A stretch of DNA of 64,000 nt from Muribaculum sp. (GCA_009775095.1 VSOZ01000012.1:19801-83800), one strand, 5' to 3'. Shown: positions 7,690 to 18,110, counted from the stretch's first letter. Notes: generated by a model not told the origin, from the letters alone. Numbers and translations are program-made.

Positions 7690-9348
7690 TTACAAAATTA
7701 TCCCTTCGTAAATACAAGGAATTACAACATCTCCATTCTTATTAATTACGCCCCATTTGCCCGAAGAATCTTGAACACAAGCTAAACCCTCGCAGAAATC
7801 TCCCGCATAATCATAAACGCATGGAATAACAACTTTGCCTGTTTCATCTATATAGCCCCATGTGCCGGAGGTATCTTGAACACAAGCCAAACCCTCGCTG
7901 AAATCTCTCGCATTCTTATAAATACATGGAACTACAACTTTACCCGTTTTGTCGATATACCCCCATTTGCCGAATGAGTCTTTGACTCGCGCCAAGCCAT
8001 CGTGAAAATTCCATGCATCCTCATAAATGCACGGAATGACGACCTTACCCGTTTTATCTATATAGCCACTTTTACAAGAGTAATCTTCAACACAAGCCAA
8101 ATCCTCACTGAAATCACTCGCATAATTGTAACTGCACGGAACTACAACTTCCCCTGTTTTATCTATATAGCCTCTTTTGCCGGAGGTATCTTCAACACAA
8201 GCTAAACCCTCGCGGAAACCTCTCGCATCATTGTAAATGCACGGAATGACAACTTCCCCTGTTTTATCTATATAGCCCCATTTGTCAGACCCATCGTCAA
8301 TAGATATCAAGCCATCGCCTATAGCCCCCACATTCCAATAACAGCACGAAATAATAACTTTGCCAGTTTTATCTATAAGGCCATATAAGCCATCCATAAC
8401 ACAAGCCAAACCATCGCTGAAATCATATGCATCTTCGTAAATGCAAGAGATCACAATTTTACCCGTTTTATCTATATAACCCCATTTGCCGGATGCATCT
8501 TCGACACCAGCCAAGCCCTCTCTGAAAGGACCGGCATCGTCATAAATGAACGGGATTACGACGTTTCCGGAGGTGTCCACAAAGCCCCATTTGCCCGAAG
8601 CATCTTTGACCGCTATCAGGCGGAGCGATTCCAGCCGCTTCTCCTCGACGCGCGATTTCAGGTTTACTTCGATGAAGTCGCTGTAGTCGTTGTCGGGGAC
8701 ATTGTACTTGAGTGTGTCTTTTATTTCGGGGTACTCTTTGCTGACAAATTCGAGCAGGTGGTTGCCCTTGACAAGGTGGACAAAGGTCTCGGTATCGACG
8801 TGGGCGACAGCCAGTCGCTTGCGGAAGCGGAGCACGTCGCAGTCGGCATCGGAGAGGATGGCTATCTCCGCTCCGACCTCCTGCTTTGAGGTCGACTCAC
8901 GAGGCGCAATTATCGGCGCTATGCGGTCATTGACAAGCATTTCGACCGAGGCGTTGAGCAGAGTCTCACTGTCGATTTTCGTAAATTGATGCTGGCCGAG
9001 AGCCTCACGCACCTGCTCCGGCACAGTGGGCGGAAAATCCTTGAAGAGTCCGTCGAAATTGACCGGGATGATGTGGCGCTCATGCTCTATGGCATGGATT
9101 ATCTCCTGACGCACCCAATCGTTTTCATTCTTACAGCGGTCGAGCGAACCGGGCGATAGGATGAAAATAAACACAGGGGCCGACTCGATAGCGCTCTTGA
9201 TGCGGTTGTCGAATCGGCCGTCCTTAAGTTCATCGTAGTCAAGAAACACACGGTCGCGGTAACCGCGCTTTTCAAGTTCGGCCTTAAGAATTCGGGCATA
9301 TTGTGCACCGCCCACGCGGCGATAGCTGATGAAAATATCGTAATCCAT
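7690..9348 (-). CDS. TIR domain protein with C-terminal WG (KWG) repeats
   Basis: YDIFISYRR...VFLD...FIFILSPGSL...WVRQEI (TIR), then about nine 35-aa repeats like GKWGYIDKTGKVVIPCIYEDAxxFxEGLAxV. Confidence 0.9.
   Translation of the reverse strand: MDYDIFISYRRVGGAQYARILKAELEKRGYRDRVFLDYDELKDGRFDNRIKSAIESAPVFIFILSPGSLDRCKNENDWVRQEIIHAIEHERHIIPVNFDGLFKDFPPTVPEQVREALGQHQFTKIDSETLLNASVEMLVNDRIAPIIAPRESTSKQEVGAEIAILSDADCDVLRFRKRLAVAHVDTETFVHLVKGNHLLEFVSKEYPEIKDTLKYNVPDNDYSDFIEVNLKSRVEEKRLESLRLIAVKDASGKWGFVDTSGNVVIPFIYDDAGPFREGLAGVEDASGKWGYIDKTGKIVISCIYEDAYDFSDGLACVMDGLYGLIDKTGKVIISCCYWNVGAIGDGLISIDDGSDKWGYIDKTGEVVIPCIYNDARGFREGLACVEDTSGKRGYIDKTGEVVVPCSYNYASDFSEDLACVEDYSCKSGYIDKTGKVVIPCIYEDAWNFHDGLARVKDSFGKWGYIDKTGKVVVPCIYKNARDFSEGLACVQDTSGTWGYIDETGKVVIPCVYDYAGDFCEGLACVQDSSGKWGVINKNGDVVIPCIYEGIIL
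7740..8600 (-). repeat. Intragenic tandem repeats, ~105 bp period (WG repeats)
   Basis: CCCCATTTGCC-like motif recurs near 7751, 7856, 7961, 8066, 8171, 8276, 8480 and 8586. Confidence 0.8.
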
Positions 9349-9427
9349 TCTTTACGTGATCTAATCGGTTTATGGCGCTGATACGAGCTATTGCAAATTT
9401 AGCAAAACGCCGGAAATAAATCAATTA

Positions 9428-11242
9428 TTACACCGCAAAGCCGACGCGCCGGTATTCGCGTAGGTATGTAGGCTGCGGAGCACAGGCAGGTATATCGGCC
9501 GGCAATATAGTCATCAGCTGCTCCCTGTCGGGATTCGACAGCTGTGACACACGCGAAGCCATAGCAGGTATGATCGACGACGTAATGAGATTTATGACGT
9601 GGCGTGCATTGCCGAATTCGTCATCCCTACGGGCATAATCTTCCGCAAGACGCGTGCTAAGCCGACTGCGGGCCTGCTCGCCAAGCATGAAGTGGTTGCG
9701 CCGCAGATAACCCTCGGCAATCTCCATAAGTTCACGTTCATTAAAATCCTCGAAGGTAAAGATATTGCTTTGCGGTATGCGCGAACGCAATCCGGGATTG
9801 ATGTCAAAAAGCTGCTGCATCGGCTCCGTATAGCCTGCCAGAATAAGCATCCAGTCGCGTTTTGACTCGTCGGCAAGAGCCGTCATAAGGGTTTCGATGA
9901 CGAAACGTCCGGGATCTTTCGGGTCATCAGGCTGACACAGCTGATATGCCTCGTCAATAAACAGGATTCCGCCCTCCGCCTCTTCAAGAGCAGCCAAAGT
10001 ATTCTCGGACTCTGAATTATAATATTTACCGACAAGGGTAGCACGCTCACGCACCACGACATGGCCTTTTGAGAGTACTCCAAGCTCCCGAAGCTTGCTA
10101 CCGAGTATTTTGGCTACGGTTGTCTTTCCGGTTCCCGGCGACCCCAAAAACATGGAGTGAAGAGGAAGTGAAAGGCTTGAGAAGCCGGCATCCTCACGCA
10201 TACGGTTGAAACGCATAAGGGCCGTATATTGGGATACTCGCTGCTTGATCGACGTGAGTCCGACGAGATTATCAAGGCCGAAAGCTTCATCAACATGCTC
10301 GCATGGCTCATCATTGGGCTTCTTGTCATACAACGCTTTATGCTTTTCCACCATCTCTCGAAACACAACAGGATAAGCCGAGCCCTCGGCGCCTGTCCGC
10401 TGCGTCAGCTCCTCGTCTTTCCACGGTATTTCCACAACAGGGCCTTCGTTGGAGAAGAGAAAAGAAGCAAATACATAGCCCATGCAACGGAGTTCCACAC
10501 GATAAACGCCCTTGACCTCCGGCTCAATCGAAAACAATCGTCTTACAACAAGGGCCTCTTCGTCATCAAACTCGGAATACCGCTCTACAGGCACCAAAAG
10601 ATGCCGCTCGCTTGTGCCGTCGGGACGCACAAGACCTATCTCTACTTCGGGAAGTTTCGCTATCGTATCGGGAAGTTTTTTATCCAGCAAAAACTCGACA
10701 TACAGTTCGTTGTCCAGCCGCGCTCCGGGCGAAGCCACTCTTTCGCTGGGCCGGTCAAGAATCACACCACCCTCAATCGGAAAATACCACTTGGTCGGCA
10801 GACGAAGTTCTTTCAGAGAGAAAAAGCGTATTTCGCGCGACTTAAGCTCCGTACCGCAAGCCTCCACCGTGATCCGGCAAAGGTGATACGGGTCTATGTC
10901 ACCTGACGGTACATATATGTCAAGGCGCTCATCGCGAATAAACTCATCGCGCGACATTGAAAAATTTGTAATCGAACGCGCACCCACCACACGATCGTCG
11001 TCGCTGACATCACGAAGAGTCACCGAAAGCACCGATATTTTTATGCCTTTGGGAGTGGTCTTGAGGGCTTGTTCATTGATCAGCGACATGTAGACCGCGA
11101 CATGGGTCTGATGAGGGAAGAGGAGAAAATGGTTTCGGTTGTCAAACAGTTCGGCACCGGGGAATTCTGTAGCTATTTTGCTGGTTGAGTCGTAGGGACG
11201 CACTTTGAGGTCACCTACAGATATTCGTTTTTGTATATTCAT
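9428..11242 (-). CDS. AAA+ ATPase, CbxX/CfxQ/SpoVK-like, with uncharacterised N-terminal ~300 aa
   Basis: LDNLVGL, HSMFLGSPGTGKTTVA (Walker A), GGILFIDEAY (Walker B), ILAGY, NPGLRSR, FGNAR. Confidence 0.85.
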   Translation of the reverse strand: MNIQKRISVGDLKVRPYDSTSKIATEFPGAELFDNRNHFLLFPHQTHVAVYMSLINEQALKTTPKGIKISVLSVTLRDVSDDDRVVGARSITNFSMSRDEFIRDERLDIYVPSGDIDPYHLCRITVEACGTELKSREIRFFSLKELRLPTKWYFPIEGGVILDRPSERVASPGARLDNELYVEFLLDKKLPDTIAKLPEVEIGLVRPDGTSERHLLVPVERYSEFDDEEALVVRRLFSIEPEVKGVYRVELRCMGYVFASFLFSNEGPVVEIPWKDEELTQRTGAEGSAYPVVFREMVEKHKALYDKKPNDEPCEHVDEAFGLDNLVGLTSIKQRVSQYTALMRFNRMREDAGFSSLSLPLHSMFLGSPGTGKTTVAKILGSKLRELGVLSKGHVVVRERATLVGKYYNSESENTLAALEEAEGGILFIDEAYQLCQPDDPKDPGRFVIETLMTALADESKRDWMLILAGYTEPMQQLFDINPGLRSRIPQSNIFTFEDFNERELMEIAEGYLRRNHFMLGEQARSRLSTRLAEDYARRDDEFGNARHVINLITSSIIPAMASRVSQLSNPDREQLMTILPADIPACAPQPTYLREYRRVGFAV

Positions 11243-11763
11243 AATCGTTTCTTTTTAGGTTAATAAATCACGGCTATGGCACCGAAGCGCCACAGCCCGT
11301 TAAAAAATCACACCGGCATCCAGTCCGTGACGCCTCCGCCGCGGGGCATGAATTCCGGTCCACAATGTCAATGTACTCCCTTCGGGCTGACAGAATAGTT
11401 GCGATCATGTGCAGACACAGCAAGCCCTGTCGGTCCTTGTCTCGGTGTTCGAATCTGTTGAAGGGAGTCGTCAACGCAACGCCCTACCCGGATCTGCCTC
11501 AGGCGGCAAAACCGGCACCATCAGATGTTTACGGTAGTTACGTGTCATTGTGTTGACTTTGTGATTTAGTTAATCTAAAAAGAATTAAGACCGCCATTCC
11601 AAACCATAGGATGGCAATCATGCGGCAAATTTAATCAACGCTACGCAATTTTCCAAATTTTATTTTTAAGTACATAAAAAGTCTCCAAATAGAATCCCGG
11701 TGCGGGCATCTCTATTTGGAGATAAAAAATAATATGTTCAGACGTTATCAGAATTGCAGATTC

Positions 11764-13113
11764 TTATTCCGAGGCTTTGGCGTTCCAGACAGTAAGAACA
11801 CACAGAACAGACAAGACAGCCGACCCGATCCAGAACCATGTCACGACCGAGAAGTCATATACCGCAAGTCCGTCGACAACCGACTTGCCGTTGCCGATAG
11901 TAAGTCCGCTGACAAAGTCCTGAAGAGCGGCTCCGATATAAGAGGCGATACCCACCACACCAAGAGCGGCACCGGAGGCCTTCTTTGATGCAATATCGAC
12001 AGCCATCAAACCGCCAAGGAAGCATATGAGAGCGCCAATGGCGAGTCCGAAAATGACCATACTGGCAGCATCAAGCCAGAAGTTATCGGACGGTCCGAGC
12101 AAAAACAGACATAGACCCAATATATTCATAAGTCCGAAAATCAGCGCCGGCATATTGCGCCGTCCACCGAAAAAGCGGTCGGAAATCCAACCGGAGAGTA
12201 CAGTGCCGACAATGCCGCATACCGAGCTTATCGAAATTACGGAGCTGGCTTCAAGATTGGTATAGCCCTTTTCGGCTTCAAGGAAGAAGATGCCCCAACT
12301 GTTGACAGCGTAGCGTGATATATACATAAACGCACTGCCGAGTGCAAGCATCCATATGGCAGGATTGCGAAGCACCTGCTTCTGATATTCGGCAACAGAA
12401 GTTTTATCAGACCCCTCTTCTTTCTTTTCTGACACTTCACCGCTATACACATCGACAGGCGGCAAGCCGCACGACTGCGGAGTGTCGCGCATAAACACGG
12501 CGACAATAACAAAACCGAGAAGTCCGAGTAATCCGGCACCGCGAAAGCCCCACTGCCAACCGAAAGAGGCTACTATAACGGCTGTAGCTATAAAGGTGAT
12601 AGCCTCACCTATATTATGGCTTGACGACCAGAAACCGTAAAACGAACCTCGGTCCTTGTTACTGTACCAACGAGAGAGGGCAACCACACACGGAGCGGCC
12701 CCCATAGACTGCATCCAGCCGTTTATAGCCCAAAGCACCATAAACACGCCGAATGAAGCCACAAAACCAAGAGCAAGATTTATCAGCGCAGACACCAAAA
12801 GTCCCGCGGCGAGGAAACGCCTCACATTGCTGCGGTCAGCGAGAAAACCGTTGGTAAACTTACCTATGGCATAGGTCACAAACAATCCCGAACCAATTAT
12901 TCCAAGTTCGGTCTCCGAAAGCACACCGGCATCGACAATAGGCTTTTTTATGACATTAAGGCTCAGACGACATACATAGAACAGACCGTAACCGAGCGTG
13001 GCGGAAAGAAATACCTGCCAGCGCAGACGACTGTAACGCTTGCGCGTGGCCTCGGGCGACAATACCTCGCCCGAAGGACGCGACATAGCGAAGAAACTTA
13101 GCAAACTACTCAT
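11764..13113 (-). CDS. MFS organophosphate transporter, GlpT/UhpC family
   Basis: YVCRLS, GFLADRSN, WYSNKDRG...WSSSHNIG; multiple TM helices; next to glycerophosphodiesterases. Confidence 0.88.
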   Translation of the reverse strand: MSSLLSFFAMSRPSGEVLSPEATRKRYSRLRWQVFLSATLGYGLFYVCRLSLNVIKKPIVDAGVLSETELGIIGSGLFVTYAIGKFTNGFLADRSNVRRFLAAGLLVSALINLALGFVASFGVFMVLWAINGWMQSMGAAPCVVALSRWYSNKDRGSFYGFWSSSHNIGEAITFIATAVIVASFGWQWGFRGAGLLGLLGFVIVAVFMRDTPQSCGLPPVDVYSGEVSEKKEEGSDKTSVAEYQKQVLRNPAIWMLALGSAFMYISRYAVNSWGIFFLEAEKGYTNLEASSVISISSVCGIVGTVLSGWISDRFFGGRRNMPALIFGLMNILGLCLFLLGPSDNFWLDAASMVIFGLAIGALICFLGGLMAVDIASKKASGAALGVVGIASYIGAALQDFVSGLTIGNGKSVVDGLAVYDFSVVTWFWIGSAVLSVLCVLTVWNAKASE

Positions 13114-13125
13114 AACACAAGCATA

Positions 13126-14037
13126 TTAATCATGAAGTCCGCGCTGACGCAGATATTTAAGCAGATGTTCGGCACGGTCGGTCTGTATGATGGTAGCGCC
13201 GAGAGTGTCAATAAGGTATCCGAACGAGGCATCGGTGTCTGACAAAGAAAGGTCATCGTCATGTCCGCCGCAAAGAGTATCCCAAAGAGTATTGTACCAT
13301 ATAAGCGCTTTGCCGTCAAGCGACTCACGGAGTTGCACAGGCATACTGTTGGAGTCATCGGCATACACCAGCTCATAAGCTACGGGACGCAATCGCTCCA
13401 TAAAGCCGGTCATAAGTTCACCGGCAGCCGGTTTGTCGAGATTCACCACAGGCATGTAGATAACCTCATCAAGATAAGGCCCGTAGAGAGCAAAAACATC
13501 ATCGGCAGGCTTAGCCCCCTTCATAATCACCTGACGGGCCGTGCCGGTCTTTTCAAGCACAGACATCAGCAGGTCAAAATAGCGGTCGGCTTTGTCAAGA
13601 TTGACAAGCACCTTGCCTTTGGCCTCAAGAAGAGCCTCCTCAAGCGTGGGCACTCCGTGCATTGTCTTTATGCCGCAACCGTTTTTCAGTTTTAGAGTCT
13701 TTATCGAGTCAACGGTCCACTCCTTTACAAGCCCTTTGCCTGTTGTGGTTCGTTCAAGGCGGCCGTCATGCATGACTATGAGCACGCTGTCTTTAGTCAG
13801 CTGCAGGTCAAGTTCCACCACATCGACACCCACGTCAATTGAATGACGTATGGCGGCAAGCGAGTTTTCAGGAGCATATCTCCAGTCGCCGCGGTGAGCC
13901 ACAACCATGACCGACGATTTGTCGCCCGACATGAGCTTCTCGCGCAGAGCCTCGGCCCTGTTGCCTGACGATAAGGCATGCATCGGCAATATCGCGGCAA
14001 GCAATAGTATGATCAACAAAATTTTTTTCATATTCAC
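13126..14037 (-). CDS. Glycerophosphodiester phosphodiesterase (secreted), paralog B
   Basis: VAHRG...APENS...ELDLQLTKD...MHD...RTT, IIQTDR; signal peptide. Confidence 0.92.
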   Translation of the reverse strand: MNMKKILLIILLLAAILPMHALSSGNRAEALREKLMSGDKSSVMVVAHRGDWRYAPENSLAAIRHSIDVGVDVVELDLQLTKDSVLIVMHDGRLERTTTGKGLVKEWTVDSIKTLKLKNGCGIKTMHGVPTLEEALLEAKGKVLVNLDKADRYFDLLMSVLEKTGTARQVIMKGAKPADDVFALYGPYLDEVIYMPVVNLDKPAAGELMTGFMERLRPVAYELVYADDSNSMPVQLRESLDGKALIWYNTLWDTLCGGHDDDLSLSDTDASFGYLIDTLGATIIQTDRAEHLLKYLRQRGLHD

Positions 14038-14084
14038 TGTTTATCTTAAAAATCTGAATAAAATCATAATTCTAATAATACCAT

Positions 14085-14993
14085 CTAATCATGCAGACCT
14101 CGCCCGCGCAAATATTTAAGCAGATGTTCGGCACGATCGGTCTGTATTATCGTAGCTCCGAGAGTGTCAATCAGATAGCCATACGATGCATCGGCATCAA
14201 CCAATGACAATTCATCATCATGACCTCCACACTGAGTATCCCAAAGCGTGTTGTACCATATCAGCGCATTGCCGTCCAGTTTGTTTTTCAGTTCCAAAGC
14301 ATAGCCTACGGCATCATCGGTCGAGTATGACAGTTCGTAAACCGACGACTTAAGTTCATTAAAAAATCCGTCCATGAGCTCACGCGCGTCCGGCCTGTCA
14401 AGCTTCAGCTTGGGCATATAAATAACTTTGTCAAGATACGCGCCATACAGACTCTGAACTTCAGTCGCAGGCTTGGGACTTTTCATAATCACCTGACGGA
14501 CCGTGCCGGTCTTTTCAAGCACAGGTATCAGCAGGTCAAAATAGCGGTCGGCTTTATCAAGATTGACAAGCACCTTGCCTTTGGCTTCAAAAAGAGCCTC
14601 CTCAAGCGTGGGCACACCGTGCATAGTCTTTATGCCGCAACCGTTTTTCAACTTTAGAGTTTTTATCGAGTCAACGGTCCACTCCTTTACAAGCCCCTTG
14701 CCTGTCGTGGTACGTTCAAGACGACCGTCATGCATGACTATGAGCACACTGTCTTTGGTCAATTGCAGGTCAAGTTCCACCACATCGACACCCACGTCAA
14801 TTGAATGACGTATGGCGGCAAGCGAGTTTTCAGGGGCATACCTCCAGTCGCCGCGGTGGGCCACAACCATGACCGACGACTTGTCGCCCGACAAGAGTTT
14901 CTCCCGCAGAACCTCGGCCCTGTTACCGGGCGACACGGCATGCATCGACAATATCGCAGCAAACAGCAGTATTGTCAACGAAAACTTTTTCAT
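14085..14993 (-). CDS. Glycerophosphodiester phosphodiesterase (secreted), paralog A
   Basis: Same GDPD motifs; tandem paralog. Confidence 0.92.
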   Translation of the reverse strand: MKKFSLTILLFAAILSMHAVSPGNRAEVLREKLLSGDKSSVMVVAHRGDWRYAPENSLAAIRHSIDVGVDVVELDLQLTKDSVLIVMHDGRLERTTTGKGLVKEWTVDSIKTLKLKNGCGIKTMHGVPTLEEALFEAKGKVLVNLDKADRYFDLLIPVLEKTGTVRQVIMKSPKPATEVQSLYGAYLDKVIYMPKLKLDRPDARELMDGFFNELKSSVYELSYSTDDAVGYALELKNKLDGNALIWYNTLWDTQCGGHDDELSLVDADASYGYLIDTLGATIIQTDRAEHLLKYLRGRGLHD

Positions 14994-15001
14994 CGTAACC
15001 G

Positions 15002-16102
15002 TTATCGCAAGTTACCGTTGCTCCAAATCATGCGTTCACCCCAGAAAGGCATATATGTGTTATCGCAGTCGAGCTTTGAGGCCCGTTCCAATCCGAGAGC
15101 AAGCGACCAACGCGATGAAGCCACATCTTTATGAGTCAGTTCAAGTATATGTGACAACAACACATAATCAGGCTTGAACACGGCACCGATGACGTTGTTT
15201 TCGGTAAGCGCATTGGGAGCATATCGCGGTATATATATGTCTATATCCGCATCCTTTACCGTAGCGAATTTATCTGTGCCGAAGTTTGAGTCGCCCGAGT
15301 GCATTATAACACAGTTGCCGGCATCGGCGCCACAATCGACTTTATATACCGTAACGGGCACATTCGTATCGCTGTTGTTATGGTCGGTTATAAAACTGTG
15401 TATGCTGAACGGCCCTATGTTATAATCCTTGTTTTCGTCAGTTATATACTGCGGGTCACACCCCTCGATATCAAAATTGGCGAGTACGGGCTTGCCGAGT
15501 TTAGCCATAGCCTGTGCAAGCGGCAACGACTTATGATCGTTATGCACATGAGTTATGGCATAGAAGTCAATATACGGAGCAAGTTCCTCGGCACGACGGT
15601 GAAATATGTCGACGGCAAATGTACCGGTAGCCGTTTTCACTACATAGCCCATATTGTAAAGTTGGTAAACATGGACCTCGCCCGCTGCCGGAGTATCCTT
15701 GGATATGCCGTCGAGCACCCGGTCCATAGCCTTGTTGTAGTTATATATGACGGGAATGGTCTTCTCCATCGCCGTAGCAAGTGGAGCATCGCCTTCAAGA
15801 TAAGCCTTGAAAATAACGTCGGTACATTCGTCGGCCTGTTTTTGAAGCGTATTGAATATATCGATACGTTGCGACAGATCGGATGATGCTGCAGAAGTTT
15901 CCCACAGGCGTGTCAGAGCATCATTTTCAGCCGAAGGTAATACCGAGCCTTCGGGACGCCAATCATTTTTATCATCGTCGCATGCCGACATGCCGACAGC
16001 ACCAATAAACACAAGCACCGCAGCCGCGGGCTTTGACAGTGTAGTCAAAGCCCTGTTGGCGGCGCCGCATAAAGCGGTAGAAATTGAACCTAAAATATGC
16101 AT
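15002..16102 (-). CDS. Metallo-beta-lactamase-fold hydrolase, probable lipoprotein
   Basis: THVHNDH (HxHxDH), HSGDS, lipobox-like MSACDDD; start moved to ATG 16102 to avoid overlap with the upstream gene. Confidence 0.75.
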   Translation of the reverse strand: MHILGSISTALCGAANRALTTLSKPAAAVLVFIGAVGMSACDDDKNDWRPEGSVLPSAENDALTRLWETSAASSDLSQRIDIFNTLQKQADECTDVIFKAYLEGDAPLATAMEKTIPVIYNYNKAMDRVLDGISKDTPAAGEVHVYQLYNMGYVVKTATGTFAVDIFHRRAEELAPYIDFYAITHVHNDHKSLPLAQAMAKLGKPVLANFDIEGCDPQYITDENKDYNIGPFSIHSFITDHNNSDTNVPVTVYKVDCGADAGNCVIMHSGDSNFGTDKFATVKDADIDIYIPRYAPNALTENNVIGAVFKPDYVLLSHILELTHKDVASSRWSLALGLERASKLDCDNTYMPFWGERMIWSNGNLR

Positions 16103-16134
16103 GAAGAATGAGTTTTTAATGTTTTTGAATACTG

Positions 16135-18087
16135 TTATCGCAATGAGTTTGTACCACAATGATTCCCGCCGCGTACCGGCCACCCTCCTGATGCAAGAGG
16201 CACCTTTATGTCGAAAGTGGCTACAGAACCGTTAAGGCCGTAATAGATGCGGCAATCAGGGCCAATCGATACAGGCGACATTGTCTGGTTACCTATGTTA
16301 AGTACTACCTCATCATTACCGCTACAGTCAAATGCAAGCAGATTGAACGGAGAAGCGTACTGCGATATATAAGCCTTATTATCGGCTCCGAGAGCGAAGC
16401 CCGAATAAATATAATTTTTCTGAACGGTGTAGTGCCACTTGACATTGCCGTTACGGTCAACCGCATACAGTCCTCCGGACTTCTCACAGAAATATACCGT
16501 GCCGTCGGCATCCACTACCGGATGATAGCAGTCATTTGTCGCCGAAGGACTCGTCCACAACGTACGGCCCGTATTCATATCGACAGCCGCCACGCCGCCT
16601 TTGCTCTTTAATGTAGCATATACTATGCCGTCATGCAGGGCGAGAGAGCCTCCTCGTTCGGTAACCTTGTGTCCGGTGTCGCACGCCCATCGCAGTGAAC
16701 CCGATGCCGTGTATGACCACAATCCGGCCGAAGTGCCCATGTACACATTGCCGTCGGCATCGACAGCCACACCTCCGGCGTTGCCGCTCTGTACGGCATC
16801 CCACTTCTTAGCTCCGTTGTCGGCATCAAGAGCCGTAAGTTTACCGCCGTCAACAAGTACATATACAACACCGTCAGATGTAACGGCGGGAGCGGCTTTG
16901 ACAGCCTTGCCGAGCGTGGTCTTCCATTTCTCCACTCCATTGGACGTAATGGCATAGAATGTACCGGCACCGTCCTCGGTACCGAAATATATCTTACCGT
17001 CAGCACCTACAGCGGGGCCTGCTCCATATGTGGCGGCCGCTGTTGCAAACTGCCATTTAACGGTACCGGCCACGGCATCTACCGCAAACAGCGTCTTGGT
17101 GCTCTGAGAAACGGTATAGAACGTCTGTCCGTCGCCGGCAAACACTATGTTGCTCGACTTCTGATAGCCTGTTCCCGCAACCTGAGTCCACGCAAACGGC
17201 AGGACATTGATTGTTATCGAAGCTGACTCTGTCACGAGGTTGTCGTACACAACATGTACTGTCACCGTATTTTCTCCGGCAAGAGCAAAGTAGCAATCAG
17301 CCGAGGGCTCGGACGATATATCGGTGCCATTGACACTCCATTTAACCGACGCCACTTCACCCGAGATGAAATAAGCCGGATTATACTCGAGCTTGCACAA
17401 CTCATACTGGTGAGGAGTTTCGGGAAGAGCCGATATGGGACTGATCTGTCCGGGAACAGCCGTAGCCGATACGGCGGGGGAATTGCCGTGTCCATATACG
17501 CAGGTCAGTGTAAATGTATATTCCTTACCGTTTTCAAGCCCGTTAACAAGATATGACGCGGCATCGGGTTCGGGATTACCTGTCGATACGACCGTTCCGT
17601 CATCGGATGTAACCGAAAGGCTGTAAGTGTATGACAGTTCTGTAACCGGAGCTACCCATGATATAAATGCGCGTCCGTCACCGGCCATAGCCTTGAAGTC
17701 GGTTACCGGAAGACGTGTCGACTTGGGGGTGCAGGAAGCCGTAATTTTACGGGCAAGTCCGCTCTCATAGCGTGCCTGTACGGCAAATGTATAAGCGCAA
17801 TCGTTGACAAGCGGAGCTATCACTGCCATTGACTCTTTGCCGTCGACAAAAACTTCACCGCCTTCACCCGCCTGCGAGGTGGTCCATGTTATATAGTAGT
17901 CAACGGGCATCGGTTTACCCTCCTGCGGCTTCCATTGCAATGTTACCGACTCGTCGCCCGACAAAGCCGTCACTTCATCGACTTCATATCGGTCAAACGA
18001 AGCTCTGTAATCGTTTTCATCGTCACAACCGGTCAAAACAAAGACGGCTATGGCTGCCAATAATGTATGTTTAAATAATCTTTTCAT
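16135..18087 (-). CDS. Surface lipoprotein with two fibronectin type III domains and a PQQ-like beta-propeller
   Basis: MKRLFKH...LTGCDDE lipobox, FN3 motifs (VTLQW, GLENGKEYTFT), repeated GxxKW blades; start set at 18087. Confidence 0.8.
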   Translation of the reverse strand: MKRLFKHTLLAAIAVFVLTGCDDENDYRASFDRYEVDEVTALSGDESVTLQWKPQEGKPMPVDYYITWTTSQAGEGGEVFVDGKESMAVIAPLVNDCAYTFAVQARYESGLARKITASCTPKSTRLPVTDFKAMAGDGRAFISWVAPVTELSYTYSLSVTSDDGTVVSTGNPEPDAASYLVNGLENGKEYTFTLTCVYGHGNSPAVSATAVPGQISPISALPETPHQYELCKLEYNPAYFISGEVASVKWSVNGTDISSEPSADCYFALAGENTVTVHVVYDNLVTESASITINVLPFAWTQVAGTGYQKSSNIVFAGDGQTFYTVSQSTKTLFAVDAVAGTVKWQFATAAATYGAGPAVGADGKIYFGTEDGAGTFYAITSNGVEKWKTTLGKAVKAAPAVTSDGVVYVLVDGGKLTALDADNGAKKWDAVQSGNAGGVAVDADGNVYMGTSAGLWSYTASGSLRWACDTGHKVTERGGSLALHDGIVYATLKSKGGVAAVDMNTGRTLWTSPSATNDCYHPVVDADGTVYFCEKSGGLYAVDRNGNVKWHYTVQKNYIYSGFALGADNKAYISQYASPFNLLAFDCSGNDEVVLNIGNQTMSPVSIGPDCRIYYGLNGSVATFDIKVPLASGGWPVRGGNHCGTNSLR

Positions 18088-18110
18088 AATCGATATAGAT
18101 ATTTTTCGGA

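Noticed and set aside
7307..7785. Small ORFs between the IS and the TIR gene
   Set aside because: They overlap the REP-like repeat and gene ends; no coding signature.
7690..8600. Possible diversity-generating retroelement repeats
   Set aside because: In-frame tandem coding repeats; no reverse transcriptase or non-coding template copy in the window.
11274..11556. 66 aa and 63 aa ORFs upstream of the AAA ATPase
   Set aside because: No family resemblance; not supportable as CDS.
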